From contig QYQD01000190.1 of the NCBI GenBank assembly GCA_007280345.1, forward strand, positions 1-53,459: 53,459 nucleotides of DNA. The letters run 5' to 3'. Under the pieces are notes generated by a model. The model saw only the letters and a list, made by a program, of their open reading frames with translations. It was not told the DNA's origin and did no database searches. Made by a program: the position numbers and the translations under genes. Positions 28,919 through 36,793 of this stretch are shown here, in pieces (position 1 is the stretch's first letter; each line of letters begins with the position of its first letter). The DNA comes from Deltaproteobacteria bacterium. GTDB taxonomy: Bacteria > Desulfobacterota > QYQD01.

Positions 28919-28945
28919 CCCCTCAAACAATTCCGAGGGGTTTTT
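28919..28945 (+). terminator. Terminator-like hairpin in the spacer between the two cassette-like ORFs
   Basis: CCCCTC (28919-28924) pairs with GAGGGG (28935-28940), followed by TTTTT. It lies about 175 nt after the protease stop. Confidence 0.45.
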
Positions 28946-28991
28946 CTACAGACTCGTTAGGCATTAAAATAAAAGGCGCAAAGGAGAAAAC

Positions 28992-29414
28992 ATGGATACA
29001 AAAGGCTTGCAAACTTTTTGGCCGTCAATTGTCGATGAGCAATCAGCAAGAAAAGCTGTAATAAACGGATTTTATATTGTAGTTTTCTCTGTTGGGATAA
29101 CGGCCATCTCTATAACAATTAAATATTTTAATGGACAGACTCTGATAGAAAATGTTCTTGGAAGTCTCATGGGTGATATTTTGCCTCTTTCAATAGCGGG
29201 ATATTTTATGTATAAAAAAATGTCAAGAACCGGATGTATTATTGCACTATCTCTGATGATTATTGAACTGCTCTATGGTTTATCTATTGGTAAAAGCATA
29301 GGAATAAGGCCGATTCTTATTCTATTCTTAATAGGGGCAACCAGAGGGGCCTTTGCATATCACAAACTTTATAAAAATGCCAACGTCGTGACTAGAGAAA
29401 CGGCTAATAACTGA
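28992..29414 (+). CDS. Small integral membrane protein (about 4 TM helices), unknown family
   Basis: 140 aa with a strong RBS (AAGGAG, 5-nt spacing). Hydrophobic segments are FYIVVFSVGITAISITI, LGSLMGDILPLSIAGYFMY, CIIALSLMIIELLYGLSI and ILILFLIGATRGAFAY. Confidence 0.7.
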   Translation: MDTKGLQTFWPSIVDEQSARKAVINGFYIVVFSVGITAISITIKYFNGQTLIENVLGSLMGDILPLSIAGYFMYKKMSRTGCIIALSLMIIELLYGLSIGKSIGIRPILILFLIGATRGAFAYHKLYKNANVVTRETANN

Positions 29415-29692
29415 AAAGACAATTGAAAAATACCTAACGAATCGCTTCACGGGATCGGCGGGAAACTGCCCCGCTTCCCCGTGACCTCAAGCGTGTGTGC
29501 CGGGCATGGCACAGGACTATCGGGGGGAGAGTCCCCGAGCCAGGTTTTTTTAGCGGAACCGAAGGCTAGGAGACGGGCAAGAGCCTGCCCCGGACATGAT
29601 CCGGGGGCGTCATCGTGAGGTGGGGTCTGGAGGAAGTCCAATCCAAAAGTGCGGGGCGACGTACAGGAACCAGATTCGAGGTGTGGTACATC

Positions 29693-29712
29693 CGGGACGA
29701 GTTGGCACGTGA
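29693..29712 (+). repeat. 20-nt direct repeat, copy 1 (CGGGACGAGTTGGCACGTGA)
   Basis: Matches 30031-30050 at 19/20 positions. Confidence 0.8.
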
Positions 29713-29857
29713 CAAGAATAAATAAAGAGGGACAATTAACAGCGGATAGGAAGTTTGAGCGAGAGATTTCTGAAAAGCTGAGTCGCCGGATTGAATTACG
29801 TGGGTCCGGGAGGCCAAGGAAGTCTATTATTTTCTGATTTTCTGCGAGGTGAAAAAC

Positions 29858-29965
29858 ATGAGCAAAGGAATGGACAGCAAAAAGAAAAACAAGAAGGAAC
29901 CGGCCAAAACCCTGAAGGAAAAGAAGGCCGCGAAAAAAGCCAAGAAGGATGAGAAAAAACGCTAG
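29858..29965 (+). CDS. Candidate 35-aa Lys-rich small protein
   Basis: MSKGMDSKKKNKKEPAKTLKEKKAAKKAKKDEKKR, with GAGG 8 nt upstream of the ATG. Too short for the ORF track, so coding status is unproven. Confidence 0.35.
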   Translation: MSKGMDSKKKNKKEPAKTLKEKKAAKKAKKDEKKR

Positions 29966-30030
29966 GAGTTCCGGATATCGTAACCTGCCGAATCTCCTGA
30001 ATCCCTGATCTGCAGTCCGCCTGCGGCGGA

Positions 30031-30050
30031 CGGGACGAGTTGGTACGTGA
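30031..30050 (+). repeat. 20-nt direct repeat, copy 2 (CGGGACGAGTTGGTACGTGA), flanked by twin hairpins
   Basis: Bracketed by TCCGCCTGCGGCGGA (30016-30030) and TCCGCCTGAGGCGGA (30052-30066). Confidence 0.8.
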
Positions 30051-30142
30051 TTCCGCCTGAGGCGGATGGTGTGGGAGGGGGGAAGTCGTGAGGCTCCTCC
30101 ATATCCCGATTGGGCTTCATCCACAGCGCTACAAAAGTGGCA

Positions 30143-30171
30143 TTGACAATATGTAGCCGAGAGGCTACGCT
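30143..30171 (+). promoter_or_regulatory. Putative higBA-type promoter with palindromic operator
   Basis: TTGACA (30143-30148), 17 nt, then TACGCT. The palindrome GTAGCC-GAGA-GGCTAC (30153-30168) fills the spacer and the -10 region. Confidence 0.45.
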
Positions 30172-30178
30172 ATGATTC

Positions 30179-30316
30179 ATGATTGAAATCCGCAAGACTG
30201 AAATTTTCGCTAATGGCTCGATGAGTTGCATGACATCCGGGCACGTGCTCGTATCCTTGTCCGGATCGAAAGATTGGCAGATGGAAACCCTCTCACGCCT
30301 AGCACGGAATTTATAG
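30179..30316 (+). pseudogene. higB: Decayed HigB-type 'addiction module killer' toxin (frameshift plus internal deletion)
   Basis: MIEIRKTEIFAN is read in one frame. WLDELHDIRARARILVRIERLADGNP is read in the next frame, consistent with one T missing at AATGG, 30212-30216. The reading then returns to the first frame only for ...SRLARNL-stop. The central ~50 codons expected for this family are absent. Confidence 0.7.
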
Positions 30317-30325
30317 GAGTGTATC

Positions 30326-30652
30326 ATGGCTAAAACCATCACTACCCGATATGATGTCGCTGAACATCTTCGCACCCCAGAGGAAATGGCTGCTTATCTA
30401 GAAGCTTGCCTTGAGGAAGCACATGGCGATGCGGCCTTTATTGCTAAAGCCCTGGGAGATATTGCCCGGGCCAAGGGCATGTCACAAGTGGCGCGTGATG
30501 CTGGTCTGTCCCGCGAAAGTCTTTACAAGGCACTCTCTGGGGAACGAAGTCCAGGTTTCGACACAATACTTAAAGTTATAGGCGCACTCGGCTTAAAACT
30601 GCATGCAGAAGCAGTTCATGTAAATAGCTCAACGGCCCAACAAGGCGCTTAA
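30326..30652 (+). CDS. higA: HigA-type 'addiction module antidote' HTH antitoxin
   Basis: YDVAEHLRTPEEMAAYLEACLEE...IAKALGDIARAKGMSQVARDAGLSRESLYKALSGERSPGFDTILKVIGALGLKL is the typical full-length antidote protein. Confidence 0.85.
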   Translation: MAKTITTRYDVAEHLRTPEEMAAYLEACLEEAHGDAAFIAKALGDIARAKGMSQVARDAGLSRESLYKALSGERSPGFDTILKVIGALGLKLHAEAVHVNSSTAQQGA

Positions 30653-30758
30653 GAGGGACCGGGCGGGCCGTGCCACTTAAGTGATTATTTCTGTAGTCAT
30701 TTTCCAGGCTTTCACCTAAGGCTGCAGATAGAAACCGCCCAGCCCCTTAGCTTATTCG

Positions 30759-32693
30759 TTATGATGACGCCCAGATAAGTTTACCGGTTTGGCTCGTATC
30801 ATAACCGCCCAACTGTTCAACGATTTCCTTAAACTCAGGTGACATGATAACTGCCAGGAGTACCCGGATCCTTTCATCATCCCAAAACATAGCCGGTATG
30901 ACCAGATCGTAACGCTCCTTAACTACCGAGATGAAATCCAACCCCAGCGCCCTGGCCGCGGCATATATGCCCAGGCCTACATCAGCGCTGCCGCTTAAGA
31001 CATCCACGGCTACCGACATGTGAGTGTATTCCTCCCTTTCATAGCCATTTATTTCGGTTGGAGAGATGTCCAGCTCCTTCAATTGAAAGTCGAAAAGGAT
31101 GCGTGTGCCGGAGCCTCCCTGCCGGTTGATAAAGCCGACGTCTTTACGCCTGAGATCGTGAATGGACCGGATACCTTTTGGATTCCCTTTTGCGACCATT
31201 AAACCCTGTTCCCGGTAAACCAGGTTTACCAATTTTATCGGGACAGCGGGGATTATTTTTTTGATATATGGGATGTTATATTCCCCTGTTTCCGGATCAA
31301 AGAGATGTGAGCCGGCCAAATGAGCGATGCCCTTACCAATCGCCAGAAGCCCGCCGGTACTGCCGACATGGCTGGAGGACAGGCTTAACCGGGGCGTCCT
31401 TTTTTTGATCTCGTTGGCTAACACGTCTATGGTGAGGTCGTGGCTTCCGATGATGACCAGGGTATTTGCGATTTCACGGGCTCCTCTTAGAAGTTCTATT
31501 TCCACTTCTTCATTGGCATTTATCCCTTCAGAAAGACGGGGTATGCGCAGTATGCCGTCGGCCCTGGTTAAGGTAGTAATTGCGCCGGCGCCGCGGGGCA
31601 GGGGAGTAGCAATGGTTGTATTGCCTACGCGACCTACATTGACCCTGAGAAATTCCTCCATGCCTAACTTGGAAGGGATATTGCGTGCCGGTCTGGCCGT
31701 AATACGGGGGCGTTCCGGTGGTGGGATACCCAGCATTTTATAAAGAATGGGACGGACAAGCTGGTCAAAGGAGATGGCCGCCGATACCGGGTAGCCTGGG
31801 TTTCCTATAGCTGGTTTGCCGGCGATGATGCCCAGTATCGTAGGCTTTCCGGGCATAATAGTTACTCCATGGACCAGAACCTGCCCCAATTCTTTTATGA
31901 CTGTATAGGTATAGTCTTCTGAGCCGGCCGAGGAGCCGGCATTAATTATTATGCAGTCATAATCGGCAGCGCAGGCCTTTTGTACAGCGCCTTTGATGCG
32001 ATCATAAGCATCGGATATTATCTCGTGTTGGATGGGGATGGCCCCGCATTCTTTCACCAGACCGGCCAGGATATGCGAATTATACTCGATAATCTTTCCC
32101 TGCGGCGGGGCATCACCGGTAATGTCCACGGCGGTTATGAGTTCGCTGCCGGTAGGGATGATAACTACGCGCGGGTTTTTCTTTACCGAAAGCGTAAATA
32201 TTCCGCCGGCCAGGAGTGCGCCGACGTCAAACGGTGTTATACGATGGTTTTGAGGCAATATTAGTTCAGTGGCCACGATGTCTTCGCCTACTTTGCGCAC
32301 ATATTTCCAGGGATGGGCCGGGGCCTGTATCTCCACAGTTTTTTCGTCTATCTGGTGGACCTCTTCAATCATGATAACGGCATTGGTCCCGGGTGGCAGG
32401 ATATGGCCGGTGTTGACAAAGAAGGTGTTCTTGCCGATGGTTAGTTGTTTGGGATTTCCTTCGGAGGCGCCGTAGGTATCTTCAGCCAGAACGGCTATAC
32501 CATCCATGGCTGCGGAGTGAAAGGCCGGGGAAGAAAAACGGGCATATACAGCCTCGGCGGTAATTCTGTCCAGGGCCTCAGTCGCAGGAATTTTTTCACT
32601 CTTGAGTATATGCGCATAATCAAGGGCACTGAAGAATATCTCCTGGGCCTCGTCCAGGGTCTTCATTTTCAGATAAATTTTCCGCAAAGCCAT
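30759..32693 (-). CDS. moeA: MoeA-family molybdopterin molybdenum/tungsten transferase fused to a C-terminal periplasmic-binding-protein-like domain
   Basis: N-terminal MoeA domains (SPAFHSAAMDGIAV, IIPTGSEL, IINAGSSAGSEDY, MPGKPT) plus a ~230-aa C-terminal PBP-like domain (VIIGSHD...GGLLAIGKGIAHLAGSHL). Confidence 0.85.
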   Translation of the reverse strand: MALRKIYLKMKTLDEAQEIFFSALDYAHILKSEKIPATEALDRITAEAVYARFSSPAFHSAAMDGIAVLAEDTYGASEGNPKQLTIGKNTFFVNTGHILPPGTNAVIMIEEVHQIDEKTVEIQAPAHPWKYVRKVGEDIVATELILPQNHRITPFDVGALLAGGIFTLSVKKNPRVVIIPTGSELITAVDITGDAPPQGKIIEYNSHILAGLVKECGAIPIQHEIISDAYDRIKGAVQKACAADYDCIIINAGSSAGSEDYTYTVIKELGQVLVHGVTIMPGKPTILGIIAGKPAIGNPGYPVSAAISFDQLVRPILYKMLGIPPPERPRITARPARNIPSKLGMEEFLRVNVGRVGNTTIATPLPRGAGAITTLTRADGILRIPRLSEGINANEEVEIELLRGAREIANTLVIIGSHDLTIDVLANEIKKRTPRLSLSSSHVGSTGGLLAIGKGIAHLAGSHLFDPETGEYNIPYIKKIIPAVPIKLVNLVYREQGLMVAKGNPKGIRSIHDLRRKDVGFINRQGGSGTRILFDFQLKELDISPTEINGYEREEYTHMSVAVDVLSGSADVGLGIYAAARALGLDFISVVKERYDLVIPAMFWDDERIRVLLAVIMSPEFKEIVEQLGGYDTSQTGKLIWASS

Positions 32694-32728
32694 GACCTCC
32701 TGATTATTCAGAAATAATTATTTAATTT

Positions 32729-32860
32729 TTCACCGCAAAGACGCAAAATACGCAGAGAAAAAATGTATTAAGCCCAAAATGCCAAAACACTAAGCCAGTG
32801 ATACTCTTGACATTTGAGCTTTGTCATTTAACTTTGCGCCCTTTGCGCCTTTGCGGTGAG
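32729..32860. repeat. Intergenic MITE-like repeat, family copy 4
   Basis: Arms TTCACCGCAAAGACGCAAAATACGCAGAGAAAAA / CTTTGCGCCCTTTGCGCCTTTGCGGTGAG. Located between the two moeA genes. Confidence 0.7.
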
Positions 32861-32866
32861 TGGTTT

Positions 32867-34099
32867 TTAAAACAAATAGACATCGACCAAGGAATCCTTA
32901 TCCAGTCCTTCGGTATTCATATCGATTTTGATCAGTCCATCGGCCTTGGTCATGGTAGAAATAAGCCCTGATTTTCCGAAAACAGGGGCAGCGGTATACC
33001 CCGTTTCATCACGCAAAATCCTTACCCGGACATAGTCTTCCCGGCCCTGCGCAGAGGGTACATTGCGTGACAGCCTGGCTTTTATGAGTTGTGAGTGAGT
33101 TATTATTTGTGGCTCGAGACCTCCGATTCGTTGGAGCAAAGGACGGACAAAGAGCCAAAAGACAATCATGGAAGACGCCGGATGGCCGGGCAATCCCCAG
33201 AGGGCCTTCTTTCCGGCCCTGGCCAGGATGGTGGGTTTTCCCGGACTTACTGATATGCCGTGCACCAGTATCTGGCTTTCAGGAAAGGACTCGAATACCG
33301 CGGCCGTAAAATCACGGCTGCCTACCGAGCTTCCTCCGGATATGAGGACAATATCCGCCTCTTCTATCCCCTCCGCGCATCTTACGCAAAGGTCGTCAAA
33401 TTTATCCGGCACGATGCCCAGGTAAACAGGTACTCCGCCGTTTTCCAGTATTGCGGCCCAGAGCGTATAGGCGTTGATATCTCTGATTTTACCGGGTGGC
33501 GGCATCTCTTCAATCGGGACTATCTCGTCCCCTGTGGAGATAATAGCCACCCGTGGTTTTTGATGAACAACGATTTTTTGCCGGCCGATTGCGGCCAATG
33601 CCCCAATATCCTGGGGGCGTAGCCTGTGGCCCCCGGATAGGATTTCTTCGCCTTTTTTCAAGTCTTCTCCACGCAAAATAACATGTTCGCCGGGGGCAAC
33701 CGTTTTCATGACTTCAATAGTCGTCTCGTCCACTTGTTGTGTATATTCCTGCATGACTACGGCATCAGCCCCTGGAGGAAGCATCCCGCCGGTCAGAATC
33801 CTATAGGCCTGCCCGCCCGAAAGCGCCTGGGAAGGAAGTTCGCCCATCTCTACGCTGCCGGCTGCAGTCAGCAAGGCGGGCATACTCTCAGAGGAACCGA
33901 AGGTATCTTTGGCCCGAACCGCATATCCATCCATAGTAGAACGACTAAAAGGCGGCATATCTTCCGGGGAGATAATGGGTTCGGCCAAAATGCGCCCGGT
34001 AGCTTCTGTCAGAGAGATTTCTTCTGTAGGTCCAACCGGGAACTCGTTGGTAATGGCGAATACCTCGTCGGATGTCTTGACCTTAAAGAATTCTTTCAT
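32867..34099 (-). CDS. moeA: Molybdopterin molybdenumtransferase MoeA
   Basis: 410 aa with SRSTMDGYAV, IISTGDEI, LISGGSSVGSRDF and VSPGKPT. Confidence 0.9.
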   Translation of the reverse strand: MKEFFKVKTSDEVFAITNEFPVGPTEEISLTEATGRILAEPIISPEDMPPFSRSTMDGYAVRAKDTFGSSESMPALLTAAGSVEMGELPSQALSGGQAYRILTGGMLPPGADAVVMQEYTQQVDETTIEVMKTVAPGEHVILRGEDLKKGEEILSGGHRLRPQDIGALAAIGRQKIVVHQKPRVAIISTGDEIVPIEEMPPPGKIRDINAYTLWAAILENGGVPVYLGIVPDKFDDLCVRCAEGIEEADIVLISGGSSVGSRDFTAAVFESFPESQILVHGISVSPGKPTILARAGKKALWGLPGHPASSMIVFWLFVRPLLQRIGGLEPQIITHSQLIKARLSRNVPSAQGREDYVRVRILRDETGYTAAPVFGKSGLISTMTKADGLIKIDMNTEGLDKDSLVDVYLF

Positions 34100-34208
34100 T
34101 TTTCTTCAACACTGTAGTATAGTTTACATCCTCAAAAGGTACGGCTACCGGCCATTGGGAAGCAAGTAGCCGCAGACTTTAGTCTGCGTTAATTTTGGGA
34201 GAGTAACC

Positions 34209-34937
34209 ATGTCTTCCGGGCTCATTAAATCATTTCCGGTCATTCAGGTCAATAAAAATGGCCGCCAGATGGTCTCAGACGAGGTGGCCTGTGAGGCGGC
34301 TTACCGTTTTTTTATAGACCGGAACCTGGTTGCTACGGTTAGTGTTTCACCTGCGGACCTGGAGGATTATGCCATCGGCCGTGTTGTGACGGATGGGTTT
34401 TTGGCCTTTAAGGAGATTGCCGGGGTCAATATCGACGAAGCTGGAATCCATGTACGCAGCAAAACCGATGTAGCCGTTGGCGACAGACCGCCAAGGGATA
34501 TCCCGCCCATAGATTCGGCGCTACAGATTTCGGAAAGACAAGCCCTGTCCTGCGCCGGTTCTTTGTCTTCCTTTGCAAGTCATTGGCAGAGGACGGGGGG
34601 ATTGCACATTGCGGTCTTGTTTAACCGCCATAGCGAGCTAATACGGGCAGCGGAAGATGTCGGGCGTCATAACGCGGTGGACAAAGTGGTGGGCTATGCC
34701 TTTAAAAATGGCCATAACCTTTCGGAATGTTTTCTGGTGTGCAGCGGCCGACAACCGGAGGATATGGTGGCCAAGGTCGCCAGGGCAGGTATCCCCGTTG
34801 TTATTTCACGCGCGGCAACTACCGATCGGGGCATTGCCCTGGCCGATAGGGTCGGTCTGACGTTGATCGGCTTTGCCCGGGAGGATCGTTTTACCATTTA
34901 CACTCATCCCGGCAGACTTATCAAGTTTTCCTTATAA
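34209..34937 (+). CDS. fdhD: Formate dehydrogenase accessory sulfurtransferase FdhD
   Basis: EDVGRHNAVDKVVG and the C-terminal SGRQPEDMVAKVARAGIPVVISRAATTDRGIALA. Confidence 0.88.
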   Translation: MSSGLIKSFPVIQVNKNGRQMVSDEVACEAAYRFFIDRNLVATVSVSPADLEDYAIGRVVTDGFLAFKEIAGVNIDEAGIHVRSKTDVAVGDRPPRDIPPIDSALQISERQALSCAGSLSSFASHWQRTGGLHIAVLFNRHSELIRAAEDVGRHNAVDKVVGYAFKNGHNLSECFLVCSGRQPEDMVAKVARAGIPVVISRAATTDRGIALADRVGLTLIGFAREDRFTIYTHPGRLIKFSL

Positions 34938-35032
34938 CCTGTATCCACCATCAAAAAAATTAAAAACCCTGTTGACCCTGGTAAATCAGGGTGATAGATG
35001 GGTTTGAGCTAACCAAGCCTGTCACCGTACCA

Positions 35033-35102
35033 GTCGCGGCTGGAAGCCGCTCCTACGGGTAGGGGATCGTTCTCTCCGTAGGAGCAGCATCCCTGCTGCG
35101 AC
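35033..35102. repeat. REP doublet (REPIN-like): two inverted 24-25-nt hairpin units
   Basis: Unit A is GTCGC-GGCTGGAAGCC-GCTCCTAC (35033-35056). Unit B is GTAGGAGC-AGCATCCCTGCT-GCGAC (35078-35102). The two units share their ends in inverted orientation but have different, self-complementary cores. Confidence 0.6.
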
Positions 35103-35292
35103 ACAGAGCGGGTTATTAGGCGGTGGATTTGGGATAAGCCTCGATAATGATGGCTGCCATCCTCTATACTGTGGGCAAGTGTGTATAGGCACAACATATA
35201 GTGTGTCAATCCCATCCGTCAACAATATGATATTATTAATATTTGCTCATGTGTATATTTTAACAAAAAGTGAGTATTCATTCATTTAGTCC

Positions 35293-35321
35293 TTGACAGG
35301 GGCGGAATCTTACAGTATATA
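35293..35321 (+). promoter_or_regulatory. Putative sigma70-type promoter of sat
   Basis: TTGACA (35293-35298), 17 nt, then TATATA (35316-35321). Predicts a ~180-nt leader. The AAGGAGG RBS lies before ATG 35503. Confidence 0.5.
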
Positions 35322-35502
35322 AAAAAACTAAATCTAAAAATGGATTCTTTGTGCTTTAAGCCTTTGGCTTGCAGATAGTATTTAATGGAGGGGGGTGTTT
35401 TGGGGGGTATCGAGGTAAAAATATCACTTCATGCTTATTAAATGGTGAGGCGTAACGACGCATTGCCACATTATTATTGATGAATCATAAGGAGGAAATA
35501 GA

Positions 35503-36747
35503 ATGGCTTTAATTGAACCACATGGCGGCAGAGGATTGGTATGCAGTTTATTAACAGGCGCAGAACTCGAGGCGGAGACGATCAAGGCTAAGACCCTGAA
35601 GCAGATCCGGGTTACTTCTCGATCTACTTCCGACCTGTGCATGATGGGCATCGGAGCCTTCAGCCCGTTGCACGGTTTCATGACCAAAAAGGACTGGAAG
35701 GGTGTATGCGAGAATTTCACCATGGCCGATGGCACCGTCTGGCCGATTCCGATCACGGTTGACTGTACCAAGGAAGACGCGGATGCCATTAAGCCGGATT
35801 CGGAGATCACCCTGGTGGATGAAGAAACCGGCACCATGATGGCTACTATGAAGGTGGTCGAGAAGTATGAGATGACCGAGGCCGACAAGAGTTGGGAATG
35901 TATGCAGGTATTTACAACCGATGACATCGCCGGGCATCCCGGGGTGGAGAAGGTCCATAAGCAAAAAGCGGTCAATCTCGCCGGCCCGGTAAAGGTCCTT
36001 AGCGAGCTCGACTATCGGGAGAGGTTTCCAGGGATTTACAAGACGCCGGCTGAACTGCGTCAAATGATAACTGATAAGGGCTGGAGCACTGTTGCCGCTC
36101 TGCAGCTTCGTAACCCGATGCACCGCTCGCACGAGTATCTGGCCAAGATAGCCGTTGAGGTTTGCGACGGTATTGTCATCCATTCTCTTATCGGCGCCCT
36201 TAAATCCGGTGATATTCCCGCCGATACCCGCTTAAAATGTATCGATGCACTTGTTGAGAATTATTTCACCAAAGAGCACGTACTTCAGGCCGGTTATCCG
36301 ATGGAAATGCGCTATGGCGGACCGCGGGAAGCCTTACTGCATGCCACCTTCCGTCAGAACTACGGCATTTCTCACCTAATTGTCGGCCGTGACCACGCCG
36401 GAGTAGGCGACTACTACGGAATGTTTGATGCGCAGACGATTTTCGATAAAATTCCCCAGGGTGAAGGCGGAAAATACCTGAAGACTAAACCCCTGAAGAT
36501 CGACTGGACATTCTACTGCATGAAGTGCGACGGCATGGCTTCCATGCGAACATGCCCGCATACCAAGGCAGATCGCGTAATCCTGAGCGGCACCAAACTG
36601 CGCAAGATGCTTTCCGAGGGCGAAGAGATTCCGGATCATTTTGGCCGCAAAGAGGTTCTGGATATCCTGAGAGAATACTATGCAGGCCTGACCGAAAAAG
36701 TAGAGATAAAAATGCAAAAGTTTGCAACAGGCGAGGAAATGAAGTAA
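35503..36747 (+). CDS. sat: Sulfate adenylyltransferase (ATP sulfurylase)
   Basis: [14 protein letters not shown] and [12 protein letters not shown] motifs, about 414 aa. Adjacent to apr and qmo. Confidence 0.95.
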   Translation: MALIEPHGGRGLVCSLLTGAELEAETIKAKTLKQIRVTSRSTSDLCMMGIGAFSPLHGFMTKKDWKGVCENFTMADGTVWPIPITVDCTKEDADAIKPDSEITLVDEETGTMMATMKVVEKYEMTEADKSWECMQVFTTDDIAGHPGVEKVHKQKAVNLAGPVKVLSELDYRERFPGIYKTPAELRQMITDKGWSTVAALQLRNPMHRSHEYLAKIAVEVCDGIVIHSLIGALKSGDIPADTRLKCIDALVENYFTKEHVLQAGYPMEMRYGGPREALLHATFRQNYGISHLIVGRDHAGVGDYYGMFDAQTIFDKIPQGEGGKYLKTKPLKIDWTFYCMKCDGMASMRTCPHTKADRVILSGTKLRKMLSEGEEIPDHFGRKEVLDILREYYAGLTEKVEIKMQKFATGEEMK

Positions 36748-36793
36748 TCACGGCCTGAAAGTAATAGTCTTCTTAATTACAGTTGTGTTGATT

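Noticed and set aside
28741-28926. 61-aa minus-strand ORF, and a 26-aa plus-strand ORF, in the spacer between the protease and the membrane protein.
   Set aside because: Neither has an RBS. The translations are Arg/Ala/Pro-rich or trivial, and the region is better explained as structured spacer (palindromes, a 12-bp long-range inverted repeat 28801-28812 / 28941-28952, and a terminator-like hairpin).
29627-29660. GGAGGAAGTCCAATCC resembles the RNase P RNA CR-I box (GAGGAAAGTCCGGGC).
   Set aside because: None of the other universally conserved RNase P segments (for example GGTAAGGGTGAAAGGGTG or ACAGAACCCGGCTTA) is present nearby. The match is short.
29693-30050. The 20-nt direct repeat, considered as a mini CRISPR array or a retron msr/msd.
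   Set aside because: There are only two copies, 338 nt apart. No cas genes and no reverse transcriptase occur anywhere in the window.
29447-30375. Minus-strand ORFs of 225 aa (29447-30124) and 137 aa (29962-30375) in the accessory non-coding block.
   Set aside because: The translations are Arg/Pro/Gly/Leu/Phe-rich low complexity. One part is simply the complement of the poly-Lys micro-ORF, and the second ORF runs antisense through the higB promoter and remnant. No RBS or motif is present.
34100-34208. A possible Moco riboswitch in the moeA/fdhD divergent spacer (two hairpins, GGCTAC...GTAGCC and GCAGAC-TTTA-GTCTGC).
   Set aside because: I could not find the conserved Moco-motif core sequences. 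The hairpins are short and generic.
35424-36183. Minus-strand ORFs of 183 and 210 aa overlapping sat.
   Set aside because: They are antisense shadows of sat, whose motifs are unambiguous.
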